A DNA stretch of 64,000 bases from Nitrospirota bacterium. Lineage in GTDB: Bacteria; Nitrospirota; Nitrospiria; 2-01-FULL-66-17. Positions within the stretch are counted from its first letter, which is position 1. Each line of letters starts with the position of its first letter. The position numbers were made by a program, and so were the translations under genes. This document shows positions 53,222 to 63,166 of this stretch, piece after piece. The stretch covers positions 82,032-146,031 of the forward strand of contig JBMOMC010000045.1 of the NCBI GenBank assembly GCA_049325335.1, written 5' to 3'. Below the pieces are notes generated by a model. The model was not told where the DNA came from. It searched no databases and saw nothing but the letters and a program-made list of their open reading frames with translations.

Positions 53222-54466
53222 ATGAACGCCATGGACAAGATCAAAGGGTTAAAATGCCGCGAGTGCGGCAAGCTCTACCGCCCGGACCCCCTGCACGTGT
53301 GCGAGTTCTGCTTCGGCCCGCTCGAAGTCGACTACGACTACGATGCGATCGCGAACGCGATCACCCGCGACTCCATCGCGCGGGGCCCCAATAGTCTGTG
53401 GCGCTACATCGACCTGCTGCCGGTTGAACGCGAAGCCACCGTGGGACTCCACGGCGGGATGACTCCGATGATCCGGGCGCACCGCTTGGGCCAAGCCCTG
53501 GGCCTCGACGAGTTGTATCTGAAGAACGACACGGTCAACCATCCGACGTTGTCCTTCAAGGATCGCGTGGTGGCGGTCGCGCTCACCCGCGCGCGCGAGT
53601 TCGGCTTCGACACCGTGGCCTGCGCATCCACCGGCAACCTGGCCAATTCGGTCTCCGCGCACGCCGCGCAGGCGGGGTTCCGCTGCTTTGTCTTTATTCC
53701 GTCGGATTTGGAAACCGGCAAGGTGCTCGGCAACCTGATCTATCACCCCACGGTCGTGGCGGTGGAAGGCAACTACGACGACGTGAACCGCCTGTGCAGC
53801 GAAATCGCGGGCGAATACCGCTGGGCGTTCGTCAACATCAACATTCGGCCGTATTACGCCGAGGGATCGAAAACCCTCGCGTTCGAAACCGCGGAACAAC
53901 TCGGCTGGCGCGCGCCCGACCAGGTCGTGGTGCCGATCGCCTCGGGCTCGCTGCTGACCAAAATCTGGAAGGGCCTCAAGGAATTCGAGCGCGTGGGCCT
54001 GATCTCGGGCGTACAGACCAAGGTCAACGGCGCGCAAGCCACCGGCTGCTCGCCCGTGGCCGCCGCGTTCGCGGAGGGCCGCGACTTCATTAAGCCGGTC
54101 AAACCCAAGACCCTGGCCAAATCGCTGGCCATCGGCAATCCTGCGGACGGCTTCTACGCGGTCAAAACCGCGCGCGAGACCGGCGGCATCATCACGAGCG
54201 TGACCGACGACGAGATCGTCGCGGGCATCCACCTCTTGGCCCGGACCGAAGGCGTGTTCGCGGAGACCGCGGGCGGGGTGACCATCGGCGTGCTCAAGAA
54301 ACTGGTGGAGGAAGGCAAGATCGCCAAGGACGACGTGACCGTCGCCTACATCACCGGCAACGGGCTCAAGACCCAGGAGGCCGTGGCCGGCACCTTGGGT
54401 GAAGCCGTGTATATCGAGCCCTCGCTCGAAAAATTCCAACGACGATTTCGACTGAAGGAGGCGTAA
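53222..54466 (+). CDS. Threonine-synthase-like PLP enzyme
   Basis: N-terminal CxxC..CxxC; motifs HPTLSFKDR, ASTGNLA and ITGNGLK. Confidence 0.9.
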   Translation: MNAMDKIKGLKCRECGKLYRPDPLHVCEFCFGPLEVDYDYDAIANAITRDSIARGPNSLWRYIDLLPVEREATVGLHGGMTPMIRAHRLGQALGLDELYLKNDTVNHPTLSFKDRVVAVALTRAREFGFDTVACASTGNLANSVSAHAAQAGFRCFVFIPSDLETGKVLGNLIYHPTVVAVEGNYDDVNRLCSEIAGEYRWAFVNINIRPYYAEGSKTLAFETAEQLGWRAPDQVVVPIASGSLLTKIWKGLKEFERVGLISGVQTKVNGAQATGCSPVAAAFAEGRDFIKPVKPKTLAKSLAIGNPADGFYAVKTARETGGIITSVTDDEIVAGIHLLARTEGVFAETAGGVTIGVLKKLVEEGKIAKDDVTVAYITGNGLKTQEAVAGTLGEAVYIEPSLEKFQRRFRLKEA

Positions 54467-54467
54467 G

Positions 54468-54746
54468 ATGGCGGTGACTGTTCGGATCCCGTCCCCGCTG
54501 CGCAAACTGACCGGGGGCGCAAGCGAGATCGAGGCCAAGGCCGACTCGATTGTGGACTTGATCAGCGCGCTGGAATCCACGTATCCCGGCATGCGTGAAC
54601 GCCTGTGCGACGAAACCGGCACGGTCCGCCGGTTCGTGAACATCTACGTCAACGACGAGGACATCCGGTTCCTTTCGAATCAGAGCACGCCGTTGAAAGA
54701 TGGGGACCAAGTCTCCATTGTCCCCGCTATCGCGGGAGGAGCCTGA
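54468..54746 (+). CDS. CysO/MoaD-like sulfur carrier with a C-terminal GG-Ala extension
   Basis: Motifs VRIPSPLR and FVNIYVNDEDIRF; ends PAIAGGA. Confidence 0.92.
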   Translation: MAVTVRIPSPLRKLTGGASEIEAKADSIVDLISALESTYPGMRERLCDETGTVRRFVNIYVNDEDIRFLSNQSTPLKDGDQVSIVPAIAGGA

Positions 54747-54755
54747 CCTCAGACC

Positions 54756-54995
54756 ATGGCGAGCCTCAAACTGCACATCACCTTCCCCGAGAACCGGATC
54801 AAGGACCCGATCATTTACCAGATCGGCCACGAGTTCAAAATCGTGACCAGCATCCGGCGCGCTGACGTCACCGGGAAAATCAGTTGGATGGACGTGGAGT
54901 TGACGGGCGAGGTCGCGGAGATTGAACGCGCGGTCGCGGCGCTCAAGAGCAAGGGCGTCAAAGTCGATCCCATCGAACGCAACGTCATCGAGTAA
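54756..54995 (+). CDS. Stand-alone NIL domain protein
   Basis: Motif PIIYQIGHEFKIVTSIRRADV...VELTG. Confidence 0.85.
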   Translation: MASLKLHITFPENRIKDPIIYQIGHEFKIVTSIRRADVTGKISWMDVELTGEVAEIERAVAALKSKGVKVDPIERNVIE

Positions 54996-55005
54996 CGGAG
55001 CGCCC

Positions 55006-55827
55006 ATGTTGACCGATTCGCAAATTCAGCGGTATAGCCGACACCTGATCCTCAAAGAGGTCGGGGGCAAGGGCCAGAAGAAGATCAACGACGCCAAGGT
55101 GTTCTTGGTCGGCGCGGGCGGCTTGGGTTCGCCCTCGGCCTTGTACCTCGCGGCCGCGGGCGTGGGCACATTGGGCATCATCGACGCGGACACCGTGGAT
55201 CTCTCGAACTTGCAGCGGCAGATCCTCCACTCCACGGAGCGCGTGGGCGTGGCCAAGGTGGAGTCCGCGCGGCAAACTCTGTCCGCGCTCAATCCCGACA
55301 TCACGATCAACACGTACCAGGACCGCATTTCATCCGCCAACATCATGGACTTGATCCGCGACTACGACATCGTGCTCGACGGGTCCGACAACTTCCCCAC
55401 GCGTTTTCTCGTGAATGACGCGGTCTTCTTTCAGAAAAAGACCTTGGTCTCGGGCAGCATCTTTCGGTTCGAGGGCCAGGTCGCGGTGGTCAAAGCGCAT
55501 CAGGGCACGCCCTGCTACCGGTGCCTATACCCGGAACCGCCACCGCCCGGGCTGGTTCCCTCGTGCCAGGAAGCCGGGGTGCTTGGGGTGTTGGCCGGCA
55601 CCATCGGCATCCTGCAGGCGGCCGAGACGCTCAAGGAAATCCTGGGCGTGGGTGAATCGCTCGCCCAAGGCTTGGTGATGTACGATGCGTTGGACATGTC
55701 GTTCCGCACGCTCAAAACGCGCAAGAACCCCAACTGCGCGCTCTGCGGCCCGAACCCCACGATCACCACCCTGCTCGACTACGAGCAGTCCTGCACCCTG
55801 CCCGCGGCCGGCGCGCCGCACGCGTGA
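55006..55827 (+). CDS. MoeB/ThiF (E1-like) adenylyltransferase 2, no rhodanese domain
   Basis: Same motifs as the first E1; ATG 55006 follows GGAG. Confidence 0.93.
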   Translation: MLTDSQIQRYSRHLILKEVGGKGQKKINDAKVFLVGAGGLGSPSALYLAAAGVGTLGIIDADTVDLSNLQRQILHSTERVGVAKVESARQTLSALNPDITINTYQDRISSANIMDLIRDYDIVLDGSDNFPTRFLVNDAVFFQKKTLVSGSIFRFEGQVAVVKAHQGTPCYRCLYPEPPPPGLVPSCQEAGVLGVLAGTIGILQAAETLKEILGVGESLAQGLVMYDALDMSFRTLKTRKNPNCALCGPNPTITTLLDYEQSCTLPAAGAPHA

Positions 55828-56222
55828 AGATTCCCCGGCGTCTCGTCGCGGCGATGATCGCGCACGCCGAGGAAGCCTATCCCGAAGAGTGCTGCGGGCT
55901 GTTGGCCGGGACGGACGGCGTGCCGTCTCACGTGTATCGCGTGCACAACATCCACGACACGCCGCGCGTGTTTTTCGAAATGGCGCCCAAAGAACAGTTC
56001 TGGGCCTTCAAGAACATGCGGCACAACGGCCAAGACCTCGTGGCCATTTACCACTCCCATCCCGAAACCCCGGCCCGGCCGTCGCCAAGCGATATTCGCC
56101 TGGCCTACGACCCGGAACCCTATTACCTCCTCGTGTCCCTGCAACAGCGCGACACACCGGATCTGCGGGCGTACCGGATCGTCGACGGACGGGTTTCCGA
56201 AGAACCGGTCGAAATCGCCTGA
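55824..56222 (+). CDS. JAB/JAMM (M67, Mec-like) metalloprotease
   Basis: Motifs PEECCGLL and YHSHP..PARPSPSD. Confidence 0.93.
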   Translation: MKIPRRLVAAMIAHAEEAYPEECCGLLAGTDGVPSHVYRVHNIHDTPRVFFEMAPKEQFWAFKNMRHNGQDLVAIYHSHPETPARPSPSDIRLAYDPEPYYLLVSLQQRDTPDLRAYRIVDGRVSEEPVEIA

Positions 56223-56238
56223 CGCGACGTCGTCGCGT

Positions 56239-59200
56239 TCAGCCGCGTTTCGGCGCTTCGCTGAGCATCCGGGCCAGGGCAGTGACCAGGTCGGCCACGG
56301 TATTGGGCTTATAGATCACTTCACGAATGCCCAGCGTGAGAGCCTGCGCGCGCAGGTCTTCGGTGACATAGCCGGAGGTCAGCGCAATCGGCAGCTCGGG
56401 CCGTTCTCGCAACATCTGTGCGGCGACGTCCACCCCTGAAACACCCGGCATGTTCAGATCCGTGACAACCAGGTCGAAGGCCGCGGGGTCGGCATGAAAC
56501 GTCTCCAGGGCCTCGGCCGCGTCGGTGCATCCCGTGACAGAATATCCCATGCGTCCGAGCAGGCGCGTCGCCAGGTGCACCAACGCCTCTTCGTCATCGA
56601 GATACAGGATCCGTTGACCCCGACCGCGCTGCAGTTCCGACGCAACCACGCCGTGCGCCTCGGCCGCGCCTTCGACCGCCGGGAAATACAGATCAAATAC
56701 CGTGCCGATCCCCGGCGTACTCGACACCCTGATCACGCCGTCGTGGCCCTTCACGATCCCGTCCACCACGGCCAGCCCAAGCCCCGTGCCCTCGCCGACC
56801 CCTTTGGTGGTGAAAAACGGCTCGAAGATGCGATCCAGCGTCGCCTGATCCATGCCGTTGCCCGTGTCGGCCACACGCAGCCTCGTGTATCGTCCCGGAG
56901 GCACCGCGCCGTCGCGGTCCACGCCGACCACGGCCACGTCAATGGAGATGCGGCCCGTCGTGCCCGCCATGGCCTGCCAGGCATTGGTGCACAGATTCAT
57001 CAGGACTTGGTTGATCTGGGTGCGGTCGGCCAACACATTCGGCGTATCGGACGCACAGGAGGCGACCAGCTCGATACCCGACGGCAGCGTGGCTCGCAGC
57101 AGCTTCGTGGTTTCGTCCACGACCTCGCGTAGGGCCAACACGCGGCGTTCCTGCGGTTGCCGACGGCTGATGGTCAGGATCTGGTGCACCACATCGCGCG
57201 CGCGCAGCGTCGCTTTGTTGATCTCGGCCAGGCTCTGTTGCACGGGGTGATCGGGCGCTGCGTCTTGTCGCGCGAGTTCGAGGTTGCCGACGATCGCGCC
57301 CAGAATGTTGTTGAAGTCGTGCGCAATACCGCCCGCTAAGGTGCCCAAGGCTTCCATCTTCTGCGCCTGGCGCAATTGCGCCTCCAACCCCTCCCGCGCG
57401 GCCTCCGCCTCCTTGCGCGCGGTGATGTCGACCATGATGCCGCGCAGCGTCACCGGGCGATCGTTTTCGACGATCACCGTCACCAGGTCGTGGAGCCAGA
57501 CGATTCGGCCGTCCGCCGCCACCATCCGGTAATCAAACTGGTGGGCCTGCTTCAGGGTGGTGCACGAGACGCAGTACGCCACCGCCGCGTCCCGGTCGTC
57601 CGGATGAACATGGTTGGACCAAAACCCCGGCTCCTCGATCCATCGGCGAATGGGGTACCCCAACAACCGCTCGGCTTGCGCGCTGACGAACGTAAACTGA
57701 AAGGTCGTCGCGTCCGCCTCCCAGACAATACCGTCGATCGTGGTAATCAGGTCTTCGCGCCAGCGCTGGGCCGACCGCGCGGACTCCTCGGCCTCCCGAC
57801 GCGCGGTGACGTCCAGATGCGTGCCGCACGCGCGGATCGGGCGACCGTCGGCATCGCGTTCGATCACCTTGCCTTTGTCGAGCACCCAGATCCACCGACC
57901 CGACCGGTGCTGCATCCGGTGTTCGGACTCGTATCCCTCCGTGGCGCCGTCGAGGTGGGCGCGTAAGCTGACCTGAACGCGCGGCATGTCCTCCGGATGC
58001 ACGAGGGCCTCCCACGCGCGCAGGTGCGGCTCGATGTCCTCCGGCGCGTACCCCAGCATGGCGGCCCACCGTTGATTAAACGTCACCACGCCGGTCCGCA
58101 CGTTCCAGTCCCACGTGCCCAGATCAGCGCCCTGAAGGGCGAGGTCCACCCGTCGCTCGTTTTCGCGCAGGGCCGCTTCCGCGCGCTTACGGTCGGTAAT
58201 ATCCGTGATCAACCCCTCGATGCGCACGAGGTCGCCCTGATTCGAGTAAATGCCCTGCGCTTGATCCCACACCCAACGGATCTCGCCGTTGCGGTGCCCG
58301 ATCCGGTACTCGTTGCTACACGCTCGTTTAGCGGCGAGATTGGCCTGGCATTTCTCCCAGACTCCCTGCGCATCGTCCGGATGGATGAGGGCGCCCAACG
58401 ACGTCACGCGGTTGTGCAATAACTCATCGGCTCGATACCCCGTGATGGATTCGCAGCCCTCGCTGATAAAGTCCACGGTCCAATTCGCGTCGTTGCGACA
58501 GCAATACACGGCGCCGGACAGATTCTTGACGAGCGTAGCGTATGAGGCTTGTGAGGCGCGCAAGTCCTCGTCTATGCGTTTGCGTTCGGTGATGTCGATG
58601 ATCACGCCGTCCAGCCACCGCAACTCCCCGTTGACGTCAAATACCCCTTGACCTTTTTCATGGACCCACCGTTGGCTGCCGTCCGCGTGCCGGATCCGGT
58701 ACTGGATTTCATACGGTTGGCGCCGTCGCAAGCAGTCCAGGGCCACCCGTTCCACCTCCGGCCAGTCTTCGGGCTCAATGATGCTCACGTAACTGCGCAC
58801 CGCGTCGTGCACAAAGTCCGACGCAGGGTATCCCGATATCCGCAGGATCGGTTCGCTGATAAACTCGATGGTCCAATTCGGGGCGTACCCGCACCGGTAC
58901 ACCGCGCCCGGGATATTGGCCACCAACGCCTGCAACTGCGTGTCGGTGGCCCGCATGTGATCTTCCGCCTGTTTGCGATCGGTAATGTCCGCGGCAAACC
59001 CCTCCAAAAAGAGCAGGTCCCCCTCCGGACTCACGATCCCTTGCCCTTGCTCCCACACCCACTTTTCCTCCCCGGAAGCGGCGCGTATGCGATACGTCAG
59101 TTGATAGGGACGATTGGCCTGCAGGGCCTCCTGGATCGCATCCCACACCGGTCCTTGGTCATCGGGATGGATCAGTGACCCGATCTGAAGTTTCCCGTCA

Positions 59201-60273
59201 AGAAAATCAGCGGCGGGATACCCGGTGAGGGCGCGAACCCCTTCGCTCACAAAAATCGTGGTCCAGTCCTTGTCGTTCCGACAGCGATACACCGTGCCGG
59301 GCAGATTCTCGATGAGGGTCATCAGCGCGCGCTGGGTCTCGCGGAGCGAGGCCTCGGCCTGTTTGCGTTCCGTGATGTCGTGGGCGATACCCAGAATCTG
59401 CGTGGCCTGCGCGGCCTCGTCGCGGGCAAACACGGTTTCGCGGCTGTGCAGCCACCGCCACTCCCCTGCTTTGGTGCGGACCCGATACTCGATGTCCCAG
59501 ATCGCGTGATCGCGGACCTGACACCACGCCTCATGGTGGGCCGCAAGCCGCGTCAGATCGTCGGGGTGGAAGATCCGCGCCAGCAGGTCGCCGCCCAGGG
59601 CCCGGGTTTCCTCCTCGGAATACCCGTACGCGGTCAGCCAGTGGCGGTTGACGTACACGTTGCTGCGCGTGGTCAGGTCGTAGATGTACACCACGCCCGG
59701 CTCGGCATCCAGCACCTGCTGCAGAAAATAGCCCCGCGCCTGCAGCCTCAACTCCGCGTGCCGGCGCGCGGCGAGCTCATCGGCCAGCGCACGGTTGGTC
59801 TCCTGCAACTGGAGGATCTTATCCTCCAGTGTACGGATGACTACCTCGCGGTCATCCCTCGCGGTGTCCTGGTCCGTGGGCGCGCGGGCCGGCGCACCCC
59901 GCGAGGCCAGGGCCAACACGTCTTCGAGGCGGGCCAGCAACGGTTCCGGCTCGGTTGGCTTGACGATGAACGCGTCCGCGCCCAGGTCCAATGCCAACCG
60001 TTCATCGGCCGCGTCGGTGTAGGTGGCGGTATACACCACGAACGGAATCCGCCCGAGCCGCTCGTCCGCCTTCCAGTGGCGCAGCAAGGTATAGCCGTCC
60101 ATCACCGGCATCAGCAGATCGGACACGACGAGATCGGGCGCGGCCTGACGCGCCTTGACCAACGCCTCGGCGCCGTGGCGCGCCGCGTCCACCGCGTACC
60201 CGTGCCCCGTGAGCAGGGCCTCCAACAAGTACCGGGCCTCGTCCTGGTCATCCACCACCAGAATCCGCGTCAT
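56239..60273 (-). CDS. Cytoplasmic hybrid histidine kinase: REC-6xPAS-HisKA-HATPase-REC
   Basis: ILVVDD...SDLLMP; six PAS/PAC units ending DIT/DVT; AHDFNNIL; GTGLGL; TDLNMPG. Start reassigned to ATG 60273. Confidence 0.93.
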   Translation of the reverse strand: MTRILVVDDQDEARYLLEALLTGHGYAVDAARHGAEALVKARQAAPDLVVSDLLMPVMDGYTLLRHWKADERLGRIPFVVYTATYTDAADERLALDLGADAFIVKPTEPEPLLARLEDVLALASRGAPARAPTDQDTARDDREVVIRTLEDKILQLQETNRALADELAARRHAELRLQARGYFLQQVLDAEPGVVYIYDLTTRSNVYVNRHWLTAYGYSEEETRALGGDLLARIFHPDDLTRLAAHHEAWCQVRDHAIWDIEYRVRTKAGEWRWLHSRETVFARDEAAQATQILGIAHDITERKQAEASLRETQRALMTLIENLPGTVYRCRNDKDWTTIFVSEGVRALTGYPAADFLDGKLQIGSLIHPDDQGPVWDAIQEALQANRPYQLTYRIRAASGEEKWVWEQGQGIVSPEGDLLFLEGFAADITDRKQAEDHMRATDTQLQALVANIPGAVYRCGYAPNWTIEFISEPILRISGYPASDFVHDAVRSYVSIIEPEDWPEVERVALDCLRRRQPYEIQYRIRHADGSQRWVHEKGQGVFDVNGELRWLDGVIIDITERKRIDEDLRASQASYATLVKNLSGAVYCCRNDANWTVDFISEGCESITGYRADELLHNRVTSLGALIHPDDAQGVWEKCQANLAAKRACSNEYRIGHRNGEIRWVWDQAQGIYSNQGDLVRIEGLITDITDRKRAEAALRENERRVDLALQGADLGTWDWNVRTGVVTFNQRWAAMLGYAPEDIEPHLRAWEALVHPEDMPRVQVSLRAHLDGATEGYESEHRMQHRSGRWIWVLDKGKVIERDADGRPIRACGTHLDVTARREAEESARSAQRWREDLITTIDGIVWEADATTFQFTFVSAQAERLLGYPIRRWIEEPGFWSNHVHPDDRDAAVAYCVSCTTLKQAHQFDYRMVAADGRIVWLHDLVTVIVENDRPVTLRGIMVDITARKEAEAAREGLEAQLRQAQKMEALGTLAGGIAHDFNNILGAIVGNLELARQDAAPDHPVQQSLAEINKATLRARDVVHQILTISRRQPQERRVLALREVVDETTKLLRATLPSGIELVASCASDTPNVLADRTQINQVLMNLCTNAWQAMAGTTGRISIDVAVVGVDRDGAVPPGRYTRLRVADTGNGMDQATLDRIFEPFFTTKGVGEGTGLGLAVVDGIVKGHDGVIRVSSTPGIGTVFDLYFPAVEGAAEAHGVVASELQRGRGQRILYLDDEEALVHLATRLLGRMGYSVTGCTDAAEALETFHADPAAFDLVVTDLNMPGVSGVDVAAQMLRERPELPIALTSGYVTEDLRAQALTLGIREVIYKPNTVADLVTALARMLSEAPKRG

Positions 60274-60623
60274 ACCGAACCGCCCCCGCGCACGGGAAGA
60301 TACCCCATGACGTCCGCGACGAAGGTGTCCGGGGGGGATGGGTTTTCCACATACTCGTTGCACCCGGCTGCCAACGCTTGCACCGCGCGCTCGGCCACGG
60401 CACGCGCCGCGGCTTCGGTCGGATCACCCGGAGACAACAGAGTGACGGACTTGGTCCCGATCTCGGTTCGTTGAATGGAGGCAGGCACCGGGCCCTGCTC
60501 GTCGAACAGGACGGCCCACACGATGCTGGCGTCCGCCGCCACCAGGATCACGGGCACCATGGCGCGGAGCCGCCACCATATGCGATGATCACCGCCCCGG
60601 AGCCAGAACCGCATGCGGGTCAC
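60270..60623 (-). pseudogene. Probable deletion fusion of a sensor N-terminus and a receiver C-terminus
   Basis: GTGA overlap with the upstream gene; hydrophobic start plus AVLFDEQG; ends ALAAGCNEYVENPSPPDTFVADV, a REC tail lacking the Lys of KP. Confidence 0.6.
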
Positions 60624-61621
60624 GGCGCGATCCTCAACAACGGACGCGGGTCCACGAGTCCCGCGGGTTCGACGGGATGTTGCAGCAAGCGATGGTCGAC
60701 CATAAACGATGAAAGGCGCCGGATCGCCGCGTCCAGCGTGGGCGGCTCGCCGGCCAGCAGCGCCCGATTCTCCGTCGGACTCGGCAGCCATACGCCGCGA
60801 TAACTCATCAACACCTGATCCGCGTCCAGTACCAGCCGTTTGGCCATGACCGTGGCCGCGTCGTGTGGGGTCCGTTTGATGTCATCGAGCGCGCGGAACC
60901 AGCCCCGCAACAGCAGATCGAGTTGGCCGCGAAGCGCATCGACGCGATCGCCCCGTACGACCAGCACGTCTAAAATCTCGTCCGGGATATCGGCGCTGCT
61001 GAAGAGCTCCGTGGCGCCGGCGGCCAACAACGCGGTGCGGACCGGCTCGAAGGTGACCACGGCGTCGACGCGGCCTTCCCGGAAGGCGCGTTCGTGTTCG
61101 TCCACCGGCACCGAGACGATGTGAATATCCGCATTCGTCAATCCATGGAGTTGGAGAGCTCGAGTGAGTAGATAGGCGCCGACCGCGCTCTCTTCCACGC
61201 CCACGCGACGGCCTTTGACGTCCGACCAGGCGCGAACGCGCGGCCCGCCCAGCAACACGTCTCCGCCCCGCGACCCGTCCATCACCAACAGGACCCGCAC
61301 CGAGTGCCCTTGCGCCACCAGCACCAGAGCTTCGTCCAAGGTCAGGGCCGCGGCCTCGATCGCGCCGTTGCGATACGCGCCCAACACTTGGGAGGCGGAC
61401 GAGTACTCCACCAGCCGGATGGTTGAATCAAAATAGCCGCGGTGGCGCGCCAGGTACAGGGGCTCGTATCCGGGCCAGACATTGGTCCCGATCCGTAGCA
61501 CGGGCGGCGGCTCCGGGCGGCACCCGCCCAGCACCAACGCCGTCAGGATCAGGAGACACGCGTGGAGCCACGCGCTCTTCAGGCCGCCCGGCAATCGGGC
61601 GGTTGTTGCGGGGTGGCCCAT
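60620..61621 (-). CDS. NMT1/SsuA-like periplasmic substrate-binding lipoprotein
   Basis: Lipobox LGGC; motifs WPGYEPLYLA, TLDEA, SRGGD and VTFEP. Confidence 0.88.
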   Translation of the reverse strand: MGHPATTARLPGGLKSAWLHACLLILTALVLGGCRPEPPPVLRIGTNVWPGYEPLYLARHRGYFDSTIRLVEYSSASQVLGAYRNGAIEAAALTLDEALVLVAQGHSVRVLLVMDGSRGGDVLLGGPRVRAWSDVKGRRVGVEESAVGAYLLTRALQLHGLTNADIHIVSVPVDEHERAFREGRVDAVVTFEPVRTALLAAGATELFSSADIPDEILDVLVVRGDRVDALRGQLDLLLRGWFRALDDIKRTPHDAATVMAKRLVLDADQVLMSYRGVWLPSPTENRALLAGEPPTLDAAIRRLSSFMVDHRLLQHPVEPAGLVDPRPLLRIAP

Positions 61622-61855
61622 GGCAAACCCCAACAGGGTGGTTGATCCGCGGCCCGCCGCCCGACACCCCGAAGCGGCGCTCGCACTGTACCACGCCCAG
61701 CCCCGTAGGGTCGAGAGGACCTCGACCGTCCGGTGGTCTGCGTGTCGCGGAGGCGACGTCCCCGAACGGGCTGTTGACACCGAGCCCCCGATCGGCGCAA
61801 AGTAGGGCTCCAGACGGTCCGTCACGTGGTCACTCGTTCGCAGGAGGACTCACCA

Positions 61856-63067
61856 GTGTCCCGCACCGTTCAGCCCCGCATCCTCGCCATGATCATGGCC
61901 GGCGGCCGCGGCGAGCGGTTGGCGCCGCTCACGGATTTTCGGACCAAGCCCGCGGTGCCGTTCGGCGGCAAGTACCGCATCATCGACTTTGTGCTCAGCA
62001 ACTTCGTCAACTCCGACGTGATGGCCATCTACGCCCTGGTGCAGTACCGCTCGCAATCGCTCATCGAACACTTGCGGCGCGCGTGGCGGATCGGCGGACG
62101 AATTCCTCAAAATTTCATCACCGTGGTCCCGCCGCAGATGAAAACCGGCGCCATGGTCTACGAAGGCACGGCCGACGCGGTGTTCCAGAACGTCAATTTG
62201 ATCCACGACTTCGCCCCCGACCTGGTGGCGGTCTTCGGCGCGGACCACATCTATCGCATGGACATCCGCCAGATGGTGGACTTTCACCTGGCGCGCAAGG
62301 CCCAAATCACGGTGGCGGCGTTGCCGGTGCCGCTGGCATCGGCGTCGGCGTTCGGCGTGATCGAGGCCGACCAGGAAGATCGAATCGTGGGATTTGACGA
62401 AAAACCCAAGCGCCCCAAGCCCATGCCGGGAGACCCGACCCGCGCGTATGCCTCGATGGGCAACTATCTGTTCGAAGCCGACGCCTTGGTGGACGTGCTC
62501 AACGAAGATTCCATGCACGGGGGCTCCCACGACTTCGGCCGCGACATTATCCCGCGCATGGTGGGCGGACATCGCGTGGTGGCGTACAACTTTCTGACCA
62601 ACGACATTCCCGACCTCCAAGCCTACGAGGAGCACGGGTACTGGCGCGACGTGGGCACCATCGATGCGTATTGGCAGGCCCACATGGATCTGTTGGGGGA
62701 ACGGCCGCGGTTTGACTTACACAACGCGGGCTGGCCGATCATGAGCGACAGCTACGACGGCCCCGCCGCGAGCCTGGTGCGAGCCCGCGTGGACGCGTCC
62801 ATGATCGGCCAGGGCAGCCACATCGTGGACTCGGACATCATTCGCTCCGTGATCGGCCGCAACGTGCGCATCGACTCCGGATGCCGGATCGAAGAGTCCG
62901 TGATCCTGGACGGTTCCATCATCCGCGAAGGCTGCCGCCTGCGCCGCGTGATCGCGGACCGCTTCAACGTCATCCCCCCCCGAACCGTCCTCGGCGACGA
63001 CGCGATCACCGTGCTGCCGCGCGGCCGATCGGTCGGAGGCAGGGCCGTCAACGTCACGGGGAGCTGA
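61856..63067 (+). CDS. glgC: Glucose-1-phosphate adenylyltransferase
   Basis: Motifs [31 protein letters not shown] and YWRDVGT; RBS AGGAGG before GTG. Confidence 0.96.
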   Translation: MSRTVQPRILAMIMAGGRGERLAPLTDFRTKPAVPFGGKYRIIDFVLSNFVNSDVMAIYALVQYRSQSLIEHLRRAWRIGGRIPQNFITVVPPQMKTGAMVYEGTADAVFQNVNLIHDFAPDLVAVFGADHIYRMDIRQMVDFHLARKAQITVAALPVPLASASAFGVIEADQEDRIVGFDEKPKRPKPMPGDPTRAYASMGNYLFEADALVDVLNEDSMHGGSHDFGRDIIPRMVGGHRVVAYNFLTNDIPDLQAYEEHGYWRDVGTIDAYWQAHMDLLGERPRFDLHNAGWPIMSDSYDGPAASLVRARVDASMIGQGSHIVDSDIIRSVIGRNVRIDSGCRIEESVILDGSIIREGCRLRRVIADRFNVIPPRTVLGDDAITVLPRGRSVGGRAVNVTGS

Positions 63068-63104
63068 CCGCCTTTGTCACGGGGATCAGCGAGCCTACAA
63101 GGCC

Positions 63105-63133
63105 TTGCCGTCAACCAACCATTACCCTACAAT
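63105..63133 (+). promoter_or_regulatory. Sigma70 promoter of the TA operon
   Basis: TTGCCG-N17-TACAAT. Confidence 0.55.
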
Positions 63134-63166
63134 GGGAGCAATTCTCACACAATCAGAGGATATTAC

